Below are positions 26,983 through 37,000 of a stretch of 64,000 nt of DNA, one piece after another; within the stretch, counting starts at the first letter, position 1, and every line of letters starts with the position of its first letter. The position numbers and the translations under genes were made by a program. Source of the DNA: Limnochordia bacterium (lineage in GTDB: Bacteria > Bacillota > Limnochordia > DTU087 > JAAYGB01); contig JAWLBR010000001.1 in NCBI GenBank assembly GCA_041687495.1, forward strand, positions 12,014-76,013. The letters are read 5' to 3'. A model generated the notes under the pieces. That model made no database searches and was not told the origin of the DNA. It saw nothing but the letters and a program-made list of their open reading frames with translations.

Positions 26983-28938
26983 ATGTCCATCCCTGTTGTG
27001 GTTGTATTATCCCCGGTTACGCGAAAATTATGGGATAATCCCTGCATGGACGCCTGCGTGGCATACACCCATGGGTTTCCGGTGATTCTATCTTGTAGTA
27101 CCGTGATCGCCGATTCTCCGGAGGTAGTTGCCACTATGAAAAAGATCGTCATTGTCGGCGGTGGATATGCTGGGGTGGAAGCAGGACTAACCCTGCACCG
27201 TCGACTCAAGCGCCGGGAACAAGTAGAGATAACCTTAGTCAATAGGAACCCCTTCCACACGCTTCTCACCGAACTGCACGAGGTGGCGGGAACCCGTGTG
27301 GGAGAAAGGTCGGTAATGGTATCTCTTCGGCACATCTTTCAGTACACGAAGGTAAAGGTAGTTCAGGACTCTATTACGGAATTTGACTTCGACAACAAGG
27401 CTGTACGCTCAGAAAACAGGGAGTACCAATACGATTATCTGATCCTGGCTTTGGGAAGCGAACCAACCTTTTACGGAATTGAAGGCATGGAAGATCATGC
27501 CTTTACCCTGTGGTCTTTGGAAGATGCCCAGCGCATCCGCAGTCACATCACGGAAATGGTAGCGAAAGCGGCCCGCTCCACTGACCCCTTCGAGCGACAG
27601 GCCTACTTGACGTTTGTTGTGGGCGGCGGCGGCTTTACCGGTGTTGAGATGGTGGGCGAACTTATTCGCTGGAAACGGCAGCTGGCAAAGGAATACAACA
27701 TCCCAGTTAGCGAAATCCGCCTCATCTTGGTGGAGGCGATGGACCGAATCCTTCCCACCCTTGATGAAGCTTTAGCCCAGCGGGTAGAGAACTACCTGGA
27801 CCATAACCATGTTCAAGTCTTGAACGGTCAGCCCATCAAGCGGGTAACCCCAGATGGCATCTTACTGGGGCAAAACCTAGATATTCCCACTAAGACCCTA
27901 ATCTGGGCCGGCGGAGTCGTGGCCAACCGCACGATTCAAGACTCGGGCCTAAAGCAAAGTAGGCGGGGACGCCTTGCCGTCAATAATTATCTTCAAGTAG
28001 ATGGTCACCCCGACGTCCTGGCTGCAGGAGACAACTGCGGCCTAACCTGGGAGGAGGACGGCCGCCCGGTAGAAATGCCTGCCTTGGTAGAGTCTGCTCT
28101 AGCCACTGGTAAGACCGCTGCCCTAAATGTCATTGCCGCTTTGCGAGGAACCGAAATGAAGCGTTCCCGCCCCAAGTACCACGGCTTGATGGTGTCCGTG
28201 GGACGGTGGTGGGGAGTAGCCAACATCATGGAAGTATCTCTGGTGGGGATTCTGGCTATTGTCATGAAGCACATGGTGAACTTACACTACCTGTTCGGAA
28301 TCGGTGGCTTTGAGCTAATCATCCGCTACATTCGCCACGAATTTCTCGACATGAAAGCACCCTTTCAGAACATTGCCGAGGTGCAGTTTACCAGACAAAG
28401 ACCGCTGTTTTTCCTGGTGCCTTTGCGACTGTACTTGGGTTACATGTGGCTGGAAGAAGGCGTTAAGAAGGTGATGGAGGGCTGGTGGAACAGCGTGGCC
28501 TTAGGTAAGGCAGCGCTTTCTGATCCGTCACTTACCGGCGCCAGTCAAGCTATCCCAGTGGATGGAGTAGCTGGAGCAACCTTGATGGAGCTGGTCGGAG
28601 AGCACACTCCGGGATGGTACGCTTGGATCGTTGAGAACCTAATCTACCCCAACGCCCTTTTGTTCCAACGGCTGGTGGTGTTAACCGAAATCGGGTTAGG
28701 GCTTGCATTTCTGTTGGGGTTTATGACGGTGATCGCTGCCGCCGTTTCCATCGGGATGAACATCAACTTTCTCCTATCAACGGGTCTATATGACTTTTGG
28801 TATATCTTTGCTTCAATCCCGATGTTTGCCGGCGCCGGTGATGTGTTTGGACTGGACTACTTCCTCATGCCATACCTGATGCGGCAGTGGCGGTACCTTG
28901 TCAGAAACAAGCGCATCAAGCCGATTCTCCTCCGATAA
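26983..28938 (+). CDS. ndh: Type II NADH dehydrogenase (NDH-2) fused to a C-terminal polytopic membrane domain
   Basis: MKKIVIVGGGYAGVEAG is the first dinucleotide-binding motif (probable true start ~27136). A second GG motif is VVGGGGFTGVEMVGE. The ~230-aa C-terminal extension has several TM helices (LRLYLGYMWLEEGVKK..., DoxX-like). Confidence 0.75.
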   Translation: MSIPVVVVLSPVTRKLWDNPCMDACVAYTHGFPVILSCSTVIADSPEVVATMKKIVIVGGGYAGVEAGLTLHRRLKRREQVEITLVNRNPFHTLLTELHEVAGTRVGERSVMVSLRHIFQYTKVKVVQDSITEFDFDNKAVRSENREYQYDYLILALGSEPTFYGIEGMEDHAFTLWSLEDAQRIRSHITEMVAKAARSTDPFERQAYLTFVVGGGGFTGVEMVGELIRWKRQLAKEYNIPVSEIRLILVEAMDRILPTLDEALAQRVENYLDHNHVQVLNGQPIKRVTPDGILLGQNLDIPTKTLIWAGGVVANRTIQDSGLKQSRRGRLAVNNYLQVDGHPDVLAAGDNCGLTWEEDGRPVEMPALVESALATGKTAALNVIAALRGTEMKRSRPKYHGLMVSVGRWWGVANIMEVSLVGILAIVMKHMVNLHYLFGIGGFELIIRYIRHEFLDMKAPFQNIAEVQFTRQRPLFFLVPLRLYLGYMWLEEGVKKVMEGWWNSVALGKAALSDPSLTGASQAIPVDGVAGATLMELVGEHTPGWYAWIVENLIYPNALLFQRLVVLTEIGLGLAFLLGFMTVIAAAVSIGMNINFLLSTGLYDFWYIFASIPMFAGAGDVFGLDYFLMPYLMRQWRYLVRNKRIKPILLR

Positions 28939-29046
28939 GCCGGCGGTTGCTGCACCCCTCTCTTTTGCTGCCGAGGCAGCATCTGGCTGACAGTAAACGG
29001 CATGGCACACCGATGAAAAGGGAAATGTAACTGTGGAGGTGCAGCC

Positions 29047-29208
29047 GTGAGAAAAGATAAAACTGATCTAACAGTTGTCGGCCTCGGTGCCCTTGTGTCT
29101 GGGATCGGGGCTTCGACCCTGCGCAGTCGAGTGGGTGCTGGTGTGTTAGGGTTTGGTCTTGCTCACGTTGCTTTAGGTCTTCTGGACATGATGGTTCGGA
29201 AGAAATAA
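29047..29208 (+). CDS. Hypothetical small hydrophobic protein (GTG start), low confidence
   Basis: 53-aa ORF not in the track (<60 aa): VRKDKTDLTVVGLGALVSGIGASTLRSRVGAGVLGFGLAHVALGLLDMMVRKK, preceded by GGAGGTG at -6. It is followed by a perfect 12-bp inverted repeat at 29218..29264. Confidence 0.2.
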   Translation: MRKDKTDLTVVGLGALVSGIGASTLRSRVGAGVLGFGLAHVALGLLDMMVRKK

Positions 29209-29366
29209 CCTCTAGCTGGGCAAAGCTAGGGGGAGCGCACCGCTTCGCACTAGCTTTGCCCGTTGCTACAAGCATCGCTTCACCGGCTTGTGGAGTAGCT
29301 TATTGCGGGCTTGCCATATACGGTCATGTTCAGATCTGAAACCCAAGCAAGGGTGGCGGCCAAAGC

Positions 29367-30281
29367 TTACAGCCACCGCCGCAAGAAGCTCATAATCTCG
29401 GCACGGGCAGCCGCCGTCTCGAAGTGCCCGGTGTTGTAGCGCAGTAGCTGCCACCGCTCAGAGCACCCGGCTTGGGCATAGGCCTTCTGCAGTGTTTGGT
29501 CAATGCGGTCGAGTCCGACCGGCGGAGTCAACCCATCATAAACTCCCGCAGTGGTCAGGTGGGGCCGAGGCACGATTAGTTGGTTAATCTGCGCCGTGGT
29601 AAAGTGCTTCAGCAGACGGGGTACGTAGTAATAGATCCCGTGCAGATCTAATCCCCGGGTCTCGATCAGGGCCTGGTAGTCAGTCAGGCAACAAAGATCT
29701 ACACATACCTTGATTCTAGGATCCAGGGCAGCCACCCACCAGGCCATTGTACTTCCCATGGAAAGGCCTAAGGTACCGATACGGGTAGAATCCACGTCTG
29801 CACGCCCTACAAGGTAGTCTACAGCCCGCAAGCTGTCATAGACCATCATCCCCCACAGTACCTGGCCATGCCACAGCATTTCCTTGAACAACTCCGACTC
29901 GGTTCGCCCCCTACGCTCGCCAAATAGCCAGGCATCGATGGCTAATACGCTGTAGCCAACATCAGTTAGTGCCGCAGCATAGTCGGGAGACTGCAGCGCA
30001 CGCCGCCCGCAGATCAACTCATCTTTACCTAGCTCATAGTCGCCACCGTGGGCATGATTGTACAGGATTACCGGAGTCGAGGCCTTTGCTCCTTTGGGCC
30101 GGGCGAAATAAGCCGGCACCGGCTCAATTCCATTCAGATCGAGCACCAGCGACTCCAGAACATAACCCGACCGCTCTTCGGTCTTAATTAACTGGGCATC
30201 CAGGGGCCGGTTCCGGTCTGGTAGATCACCTAACAACCCGTACAGTTCCTGCCGCCTCTCCTCAACGTTCATTATGAACAC
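29367..30281 (-). CDS. Alpha/beta-hydrolase (acetyl-xylan-esterase/dienelactone-hydrolase-like)
   Basis: GxSxG nucleophile elbow ([11 protein letters not shown]); 304 aa. Confidence 0.7.
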   Translation of the reverse strand: MFIMNVEERRQELYGLLGDLPDRNRPLDAQLIKTEERSGYVLESLVLDLNGIEPVPAYFARPKGAKASTPVILYNHAHGGDYELGKDELICGRRALQSPDYAAALTDVGYSVLAIDAWLFGERRGRTESELFKEMLWHGQVLWGMMVYDSLRAVDYLVGRADVDSTRIGTLGLSMGSTMAWWVAALDPRIKVCVDLCCLTDYQALIETRGLDLHGIYYYVPRLLKHFTTAQINQLIVPRPHLTTAGVYDGLTPPVGLDRIDQTLQKAYAQAGCSERWQLLRYNTGHFETAAARAEIMSFLRRWL

Positions 30282-30430
30282 CTTCCTTAAGGACTCAAAC
30301 TCTTGTTGGTGTTAGGGTTACGCGGCCACCGCGAGATTCCTTCTGTACCGGTCGCATTTGCCACCTGCCCATGGCAAAAGCCCGACACTGAACTGCCGGG
30401 CTTTTGCGGCACTGCTATGAACATCAAACA

Positions 30431-31027
30431 CTAAGCCTGAAGCTTTCCTCTCATCCCCAAGCCTTCTGTCAGTAATGTCGTCAGTTCCTCGGTAAGCTCA
30501 TCCACGTCAAAGCTCTCCCCGGAGATCTCACGACTGGCCACGACGAAGTTCACCGCACCCACTAAGACATCCGCAGCCAGCTCCGGTGAAAAGGAAACAC
30601 CTATGCCTAATACCCGAGCCATCAGCTCTCTAATGGCCACTAGGACCCTATCATGGCTGGACACTAGACGCATCCTCAGCTCTGAGTCGAACCCAGTCAT
30701 ACTCTCGAGAATAGTGTACATAAAGCCTTGATGCTTCTGGTAAAATTCAATTCTCGTCTTAACGAAAGACCGAATGGCTTCACTTAAGTTATCTGCGTTG
30801 GCCATTTCCGCTGAAATCATTGCGGCAAACTGTTCGACCCGGTCCTCCACTAAAGACGCATATAAATCATCCTTGCCCTTGAAATACAGATACACGGTGC
30901 CTTTGGCTACTCCGGCATGCTCTGCAATCGTTTCGATGCGCGCTTGCGCAAATCCATACTCACCAAATACCCGCTCCGCTGCATCCAAAATCTGTTGATA
31001 TCTGTCAGGCGAGTCCGCCAAAGTCAA
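30431..31027 (-). CDS. TetR/AcrR-family transcriptional regulator
   Basis: N-terminal TetR HTH (ILDAAERVFGEYGFAQARIETIAEHAGVAKGTVYLYFKGKDDLY); 198 aa. Adjacent to the RND efflux genes. Confidence 0.8.
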   Translation of the reverse strand: MTLADSPDRYQQILDAAERVFGEYGFAQARIETIAEHAGVAKGTVYLYFKGKDDLYASLVEDRVEQFAAMISAEMANADNLSEAIRSFVKTRIEFYQKHQGFMYTILESMTGFDSELRMRLVSSHDRVLVAIRELMARVLGIGVSFSPELAADVLVGAVNFVVASREISGESFDVDELTEELTTLLTEGLGMRGKLQA

Positions 31028-31133
31028 CGCCTTCTTTCTGCCTGAAATCCCCCTGTCGCACAGGGCAGAAGGCCCGCTACTAACTGAGCGCTGCTCCCTC
31101 TGCCCTGTACTTGCATCACTCCAGCTGTCTCAC

Positions 31134-32696
31134 CTAACTACCGCTTACAGCAAACTCCCAGTCTCTTTGTCCCACTGCTTGTACCAGTCGGTCTGTTGGA
31201 ATCCCCATGGCAACCGCTAGTTCGGTCTTTGCTAATTCGTAATCCAGGCCTGCAGACAGCAGCTGGTTCTCGCCTTGGCGCACCATCAGTTCTATATCCA
31301 GAAGATCAGTCTGCGGCAGAGAGCCCAATTCTACCATCTGCCGGGTCTGCCTGTAGGTAGTCTCAGCTTGGACCAACGCTGACTCAGCCAACTCATAGGC
31401 AGCCCAGGCCTGGGTCATCTTCTCCATGGCGCCATAGATCATCAACGACAAGCTATCCGCCAGCCCATCATACTGCAGTTGCGCCGACCTGTACTGACTG
31501 TCTGCTTGCTTTAGCTCAGCCTCTCTTGTTCCCCCATCACCAAAAGTGTATGACAGTTCGAGACCGACCTGCCAGTCTGGGGTAGGCCCACCCGTTGGTA
31601 GGGATGAAGCGTCGCCTTTGGATCGAGCGGCAGTGCCCGTCGCCATCCAATCACTATCAACCGAACCTTGGACTACAAAATCCTCAACCTGGCGAAGCCC
31701 CGACAGAGACACCTTCCAGTCCCGACGTCGTTCCACAGCCCTCACCCCAACCTCAGCCATCTGTACCTGTTTCTCAGCTGACTTAAGGTCAAGTCGGTTC
31801 GACAGAGCAAAATCTAGAGCCTGCTCGAAGTCCACTTCCCATGGCACTGGGGTTAAGTCTTGGTCTCCTATCAGATTCTCTGCCCATTGATCCGCTCGAT
31901 CTAAATAGGTATGATCCAACCCAATGATTTGCAGTAATCCCAGCAAAGCTAAGTTCGCACCACTTCTCGTGGCATTAAGGGCATTCTGGGCCTCAAGCAG
32001 TTCGTTCTGTGCGGTAAGCACATCCAGCGGTGTAGCTATGCCCGCTTCCAGTTTGTCTTGCGCGACCTGTACTTTTGCTGCTCCGTTACTTACCGCCAGC
32101 TCTGCCAAACGCACACCTCGGAGACTCTTGACCAGGCCGTAGTACGCCGACTGTACGTTGGCTACAACCCTGGTTACCGCCTCCTGTTGAGCTATGGCAG
32201 CTTGCTGTGCTCCCAATTTGGCTGTCTCCAACCCAGCTCGCAGATCATTGTTTGGCAGTAACTGCTGCGCCCAGGTTAGGCGCCCTGACGTCGTCTCCAG
32301 TTCCAGATGCTCCAACCCACTCACAGAATGGCTGACACCACCCTGGATCTGAGGTTTGAGAATGGCACTTATTTGCTCCAAATGTCCCATCGCCCCATCC
32401 AGCTGATACCCAGCTTGTTTGACTCCTTTGTCTGTGGCAATGGCGATTCGAAGAATATCGTTGAGGCCCCCGATGACATCCAAACTGATGGTGCCGTTTT
32501 CCAGCCCATCTAGAATCTCTTCTAGGCTTGCGCCGCCTTGGGCCTCTACGCCAGCGGCGCTCACCATCCCGACTCCTCCAACTGTTAAGGCCGCCAGCAG
32601 GGCGCCGATGACCAGCGCCCGCAGCAGACTCTTATGTTCACCTCTCATCATGTCTAGCATTCTCTCCCACTCCCCAACTGCTAGAAAGTGCCGCAA
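31134..32696 (-). CDS. TolC-family outer-membrane efflux protein
   Basis: 520 aa; signal/anchor region, then duplicated coiled-coil/beta-barrel OEP repeats (…LDVLTAQNELLEAQNALNATR…; …DLLDIELMVRQGENQLLSAGLDYELAK…). Confidence 0.75.
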   Translation of the reverse strand: MRHFLAVGEWERMLDMMRGEHKSLLRALVIGALLAALTVGGVGMVSAAGVEAQGGASLEEILDGLENGTISLDVIGGLNDILRIAIATDKGVKQAGYQLDGAMGHLEQISAILKPQIQGGVSHSVSGLEHLELETTSGRLTWAQQLLPNNDLRAGLETAKLGAQQAAIAQQEAVTRVVANVQSAYYGLVKSLRGVRLAELAVSNGAAKVQVAQDKLEAGIATPLDVLTAQNELLEAQNALNATRSGANLALLGLLQIIGLDHTYLDRADQWAENLIGDQDLTPVPWEVDFEQALDFALSNRLDLKSAEKQVQMAEVGVRAVERRRDWKVSLSGLRQVEDFVVQGSVDSDWMATGTAARSKGDASSLPTGGPTPDWQVGLELSYTFGDGGTREAELKQADSQYRSAQLQYDGLADSLSLMIYGAMEKMTQAWAAYELAESALVQAETTYRQTRQMVELGSLPQTDLLDIELMVRQGENQLLSAGLDYELAKTELAVAMGIPTDRLVQAVGQRDWEFAVSGS

Positions 32697-32708
32697 GTAC
32701 GCCTGTGA

Positions 32709-33794
32709 CTATTCCTGTACGTCAGGACGCAGAGCCACTGCCACTGCCCTAAAGTAGCGAGCCTTGGCTAGATTATAGTCAAAGGCGGCGTTGATGTGCT
32801 CGGTTTTGGCGCTGGTTACCGCCACTTGAGCATCTTGAACCTCATTACTTGTAATCATGTCAGCCTCGTAGGACAGCTCAGACAAGCGCAGAGTTTCTTG
32901 GGCTTCTTCAACACCCTTGGCCAGTACGCCGATGCGCTCCTGGGCGTCCATCACGGCCAAGTAACTTTGCCGAATCTCCAGGTTCAGACCATCCTTCGCC
33001 TGCTGATACTGCAGCTTTGCCTTCTCTAGGTTAATCTTGGCCTGCTCCAGAGTCAGCGCCGCAGTGTAGTCGTTATCCGACAGCTCCACGTTTTTCTCAG
33101 CAACTTCCAAAGCCAACTGTAGCTGTTGAATCTCCATCCGGTTCTCCAAGGCAAACGCCAAGTCATCTTCCAGGTTCAACTGAATAGGCTCGATGCTGAA
33201 AGCAGAGCTAGCTGGATAGACGTTGGCATCGAGGGCAATTCCCAGCGTCTGTCGGAATTTCATCAGCGCCAGATCCCGGCCATGTCTTGCCTGCGTCAGG
33301 TTGGCCTGGGCATTGAGCACATTTCTGGCGGCCTTAATGACATCCAGCTTAGTCACTGTGCCGGCAGCCAGCTTTTTGCTGGCCACTTCCTCGTGTCGTT
33401 TCGCTGATGCCAAGGACTCCTCAACCACCTGAAGTAAGTTCTCTGCCTTCAACACACTGTAAAAGTCTGTCTCTACGGCCAAAGCTAGATCATCTTCGGC
33501 CAACCGCAAGTCCTGTTTAGCCAAGTCCAGCCCCGACTGGGCTTGCAGCCGCAGAGTCGGTGATGGCCGCATGATTGAAGCAGCTTCCACCTGCTTAAAG
33601 TTGAATTCCGCTTCACGGACCTTCAGCTGTGCCTGTTTAATCGCTAAGCTGTTTTCCAGTGCAACATTCAGAGCCTCTTCCAGGGAGATGTCCCTTCGGG
33701 TTTCTTCGGCGAAGGCCAAAGTACCAACGAACAAAGTCGCCAACAGTACTGCCAACACCAACGTCAGACTACGCTTTGCCAACATTCCTACCAC
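32709..33794 (-). CDS. TolC-like outer-membrane efflux protein, short paralog
   Basis: 361 aa with a signal peptide and OEP-type repeat architecture. It is shorter than typical TolC. Confidence 0.65.
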   Translation of the reverse strand: MVGMLAKRSLTLVLAVLLATLFVGTLAFAEETRRDISLEEALNVALENSLAIKQAQLKVREAEFNFKQVEAASIMRPSPTLRLQAQSGLDLAKQDLRLAEDDLALAVETDFYSVLKAENLLQVVEESLASAKRHEEVASKKLAAGTVTKLDVIKAARNVLNAQANLTQARHGRDLALMKFRQTLGIALDANVYPASSAFSIEPIQLNLEDDLAFALENRMEIQQLQLALEVAEKNVELSDNDYTAALTLEQAKINLEKAKLQYQQAKDGLNLEIRQSYLAVMDAQERIGVLAKGVEEAQETLRLSELSYEADMITSNEVQDAQVAVTSAKTEHINAAFDYNLAKARYFRAVAVALRPDVQE

Positions 33795-33895
33795 TCCTTT
33801 GGCTTGACTTTTCTTCTCAAAGCCGGAATTACGTCAAAATCTCCTCGCATAGCCACTAGCCTCTTGAGCACCTTTGTAGCTTTGTAGCCTTTCAC

Positions 33896-36800
33896 CTAGG
33901 CACCTGCCTCAACATCCTCGTCGCGAGAGGTTCGGCGTTGGCGCAGTCGGCTGAACCAATCCTTCATTCCATCCAGGAGCGAATACGCAACTGGAATGAC
34001 CACTAGGGTCAGTAGTGTCGATGTCACCAAGCCTCCAATCACCGCTAAGGCGATGGGCTTTTGCATCTCACTGCCCTCCTGACTGGCCAGAGCCAGCGGA
34101 AGCATTCCAAGGATGGTGGTCAAGGTTGTCATCAGGATTGGACGCAGACGAACCTTACCTGCTTCGGTGATGGCGTCGTTTCGGGACTGCCCTTGCCTGC
34201 GCAGAGTATTGATATAGTCCACCAACACGATACCGTTGTTGACTACAATACCTGCCAGCATGATTACTCCGATGAAGCCCGGCACACTCAACGCCGTACC
34301 TCCCAGGAGCAAACCACCAACGACACCGATCAGGGCCAGAGGCAGAGTGAACATGATTGCCAGCGGCTGCAGCAGTGACTCAAACTGCGACGCCATAATC
34401 ATGAACACTAGCACGATACCCAGCAGGAGAGCTTGGAACAGCTGCATGAATGACTCGTTCATCTCTTGGTTCTGACCGCCAAACTCCAAGAACACACCGT
34501 CAGGGAGCGAAACATCCTGCAGCCTTACCCCTACATCCCGCATGACTGATGCTAGGTCCCTTCCGCTGATCTGACCTGAAACGCTGACCATTCGGGTTTG
34601 TCCTTCTCGGTTAACCTGAATCGGACTCTCACCCATCACTAACTCTGCCACTTCGCCTAACGGAATCAGTGTTCCCCGGGCACTCTGTAGCGGAATACTG
34701 CGAATGTCAGCAGATGTACCTCTCCACTGTTCTTGGAATCTGACGACAACATCGACTTCTCGACCTTCGGTGCGATACTGGGTGGCCGTCTGGCCATTAA
34801 CAGCAGTCCTCACCGTAGAGGCGATCTGAGCTATACTCAAGCCTTGGGCAGCTGCCTTCTCTCGATTGACCTGCAGCTGAAACTCGGGTCGAGTCTGCTC
34901 TAGACTAGTTCTGACCTCTCTCGTACCAGGTACTTCGGCAATGGCATCCTTCAATCGCTCTGCCGAAAGCTCCAACATCTCCAGGTCATCGCCTTTGAGC
35001 TTGATCTGAATGGGCTCGCCAAATCCTCCCATGAAGCTGCTGTTGGCCCGAACAGTAATGTCTGCTCCTGGGATTCCCGAGGTATACTGCCGAATCTCCT
35101 CGAGGATCTCAAAGGTGCTGCGCTGTCTGTCAGCCAAAGGCACCAGAGTCACTCCGACACTTCCTGTCTCGGCATTGGAGTCTCCTCCCAGCCCCATCAT
35201 TCCACTGGAGCCGACTGAGACGTAGACACTGTCGACCTCGGGGATCTGGCCCGAAAACTCTTCGATGGTCCGGGTGATCCGGTCTGTCTCCTCAAGCTTG
35301 GTGCCCTTGGGCATACTGACCGAGACAGTGATGCTTCCCTCATCCATCTGTGGCATGAACTCCATGCCCACCTTCGGAACCAACGCCAGAGAAATCCCAA
35401 AGATTACGATGGTCACCACGCTGACGATGAGCCGATGTCGCAGTGCCCAGCCAACAAGCCTACCGTACGCGTTCTGGATAGAGTCCATCACCCGCTGCGC
35501 TAGCCCTTGCCTGCTCTTAGTATTATTTCCATTCTTCGACAAAAGCTTTGACGCCAAGGAAGGAATTACAGTTAGAGCAACTACCATAGCCGCCAACAGC
35601 GAGAAAGTCACCGTCAGTGCCAGATCCTGGAAAATCTCACCGGAAATCCCCGATACAAACACGACAGGTAGAAATACAGAGATGGTGGTCAGGGTCGAGG
35701 CACTGATGGCGGTACCAACTTCCTCGGCACCCTCAGCAGCAGCGTCGTCGCCGTTCTTACCACTCTCCCAGTGCCGAAATATGCTTTCCAGAACGACGAT
35801 GGCACTGTCCACTAGCATTCCTGTTCCCAGGGCCAGACCACCTAGTGACATCATATTAATGGTGGTCTTACTGAAGTAGATCAGAATGAACGTCCCAATG
35901 ATGGATACAGGGATCGCAGTGGCGATAATCAGGGTCGTTTTCACCGAGCGCAGGAAAACAAGCAATACCAATACCGCCAGCCCAGCACCCAACAGTGCAT
36001 TTAAGGTTACGCTGTCGATGGAGTCTTGAATGAACACCGACGTGTCGTTCATAATGGCAATTTGTGCGCCACCCAAGTCGCCTTCCAGGGCCTTAACCTC
36101 TTGACGCACCCGCTCGGCCACCTGCACAATATTGGCACTGGCCTCTTTCTGAACTGAAAGTGCTACGCTAGGCTTGCCGTTGTGTCGACTTAGCTGAGTT
36201 GTTTCTTTGTATGTGTCACTGACACTTCCGATGTCTGCCAGCCGGACCGTACCTCCGGCCGCCGTCGGAATTCGCACTTCTTCGATCTCTCTCAGGCTGG
36301 TGAACTCACCTGTCGTCCGCAGAACATAGTCTAGTCCCTTTTCTGTGACGCGTCCTGCAGGTAGATTCAAGTTTGCCCCCTGCAGAGACTGCACCACGGT
36401 ATTGACCGAGATACCGTATCGCTGCAGCAGTCCGGGGTGGACTACTACTTGGACTTCTCGTTCCTGTCCTCCACTGACATTTACGGAGGCAACTCCATCG
36501 AGCCTCTCCAGCCGATTCTTGATGACATCGTCAGCGATGCGCCGCAACTCATGGGCCGGTTTGTCCGCATTCAAGACCAACTGCATAATCGGCATGGATT
36601 GTGGGTCGAACTTGACCACCATAGGCGCCCCGGCGTCATCAGGTAGGTAGTCCTTGATTAGGTCTACCTTTTCCCGAACATCTAGAGCGATCATGTCCAT
36701 GTCCGTGCCCCACTCGAACTCCAGTACCACCGCTGACGAGCCCTTACTGGAAACCGAGGTGATGTTGGTAACCCCATTGACCGCCCCTAAGGTTTCCTCA

Positions 36801-37000
36801 AGGGGACGGGATACCATGTTTTCAATCTCATACGGTCCGGCATCCTGATAGGTGGTGATGATGGCCATCACCGGAGCTTCTATGTTCGGAAACAGGTCGA
36901 TGGGCAGTCGAGTCAGACTAACAAAGCCCAGAATTACCACAATAAGTACAGCCATCAACACCGTGACCGGTCGGCGCACTGCAACGTGAGGCAGCTTCAC
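33896..37000 (-). CDS. RND-family efflux permease (AcrB/HAE1-like)
   Basis: 1034 aa; 12-TM RND architecture with two large periplasmic loops, collinear with AcrB. Confidence 0.95.
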   Translation of the reverse strand: MKLPHVAVRRPVTVLMAVLIVVILGFVSLTRLPIDLFPNIEAPVMAIITTYQDAGPYEIENMVSRPLEETLGAVNGVTNITSVSSKGSSAVVLEFEWGTDMDMIALDVREKVDLIKDYLPDDAGAPMVVKFDPQSMPIMQLVLNADKPAHELRRIADDVIKNRLERLDGVASVNVSGGQEREVQVVVHPGLLQRYGISVNTVVQSLQGANLNLPAGRVTEKGLDYVLRTTGEFTSLREIEEVRIPTAAGGTVRLADIGSVSDTYKETTQLSRHNGKPSVALSVQKEASANIVQVAERVRQEVKALEGDLGGAQIAIMNDTSVFIQDSIDSVTLNALLGAGLAVLVLLVFLRSVKTTLIIATAIPVSIIGTFILIYFSKTTINMMSLGGLALGTGMLVDSAIVVLESIFRHWESGKNGDDAAAEGAEEVGTAISASTLTTISVFLPVVFVSGISGEIFQDLALTVTFSLLAAMVVALTVIPSLASKLLSKNGNNTKSRQGLAQRVMDSIQNAYGRLVGWALRHRLIVSVVTIVIFGISLALVPKVGMEFMPQMDEGSITVSVSMPKGTKLEETDRITRTIEEFSGQIPEVDSVYVSVGSSGMMGLGGDSNAETGSVGVTLVPLADRQRSTFEILEEIRQYTSGIPGADITVRANSSFMGGFGEPIQIKLKGDDLEMLELSAERLKDAIAEVPGTREVRTSLEQTRPEFQLQVNREKAAAQGLSIAQIASTVRTAVNGQTATQYRTEGREVDVVVRFQEQWRGTSADIRSIPLQSARGTLIPLGEVAELVMGESPIQVNREGQTRMVSVSGQISGRDLASVMRDVGVRLQDVSLPDGVFLEFGGQNQEMNESFMQLFQALLLGIVLVFMIMASQFESLLQPLAIMFTLPLALIGVVGGLLLGGTALSVPGFIGVIMLAGIVVNNGIVLVDYINTLRRQGQSRNDAITEAGKVRLRPILMTTLTTILGMLPLALASQEGSEMQKPIALAVIGGLVTSTLLTLVVIPVAYSLLDGMKDWFSRLRQRRTSRDEDVEAGA

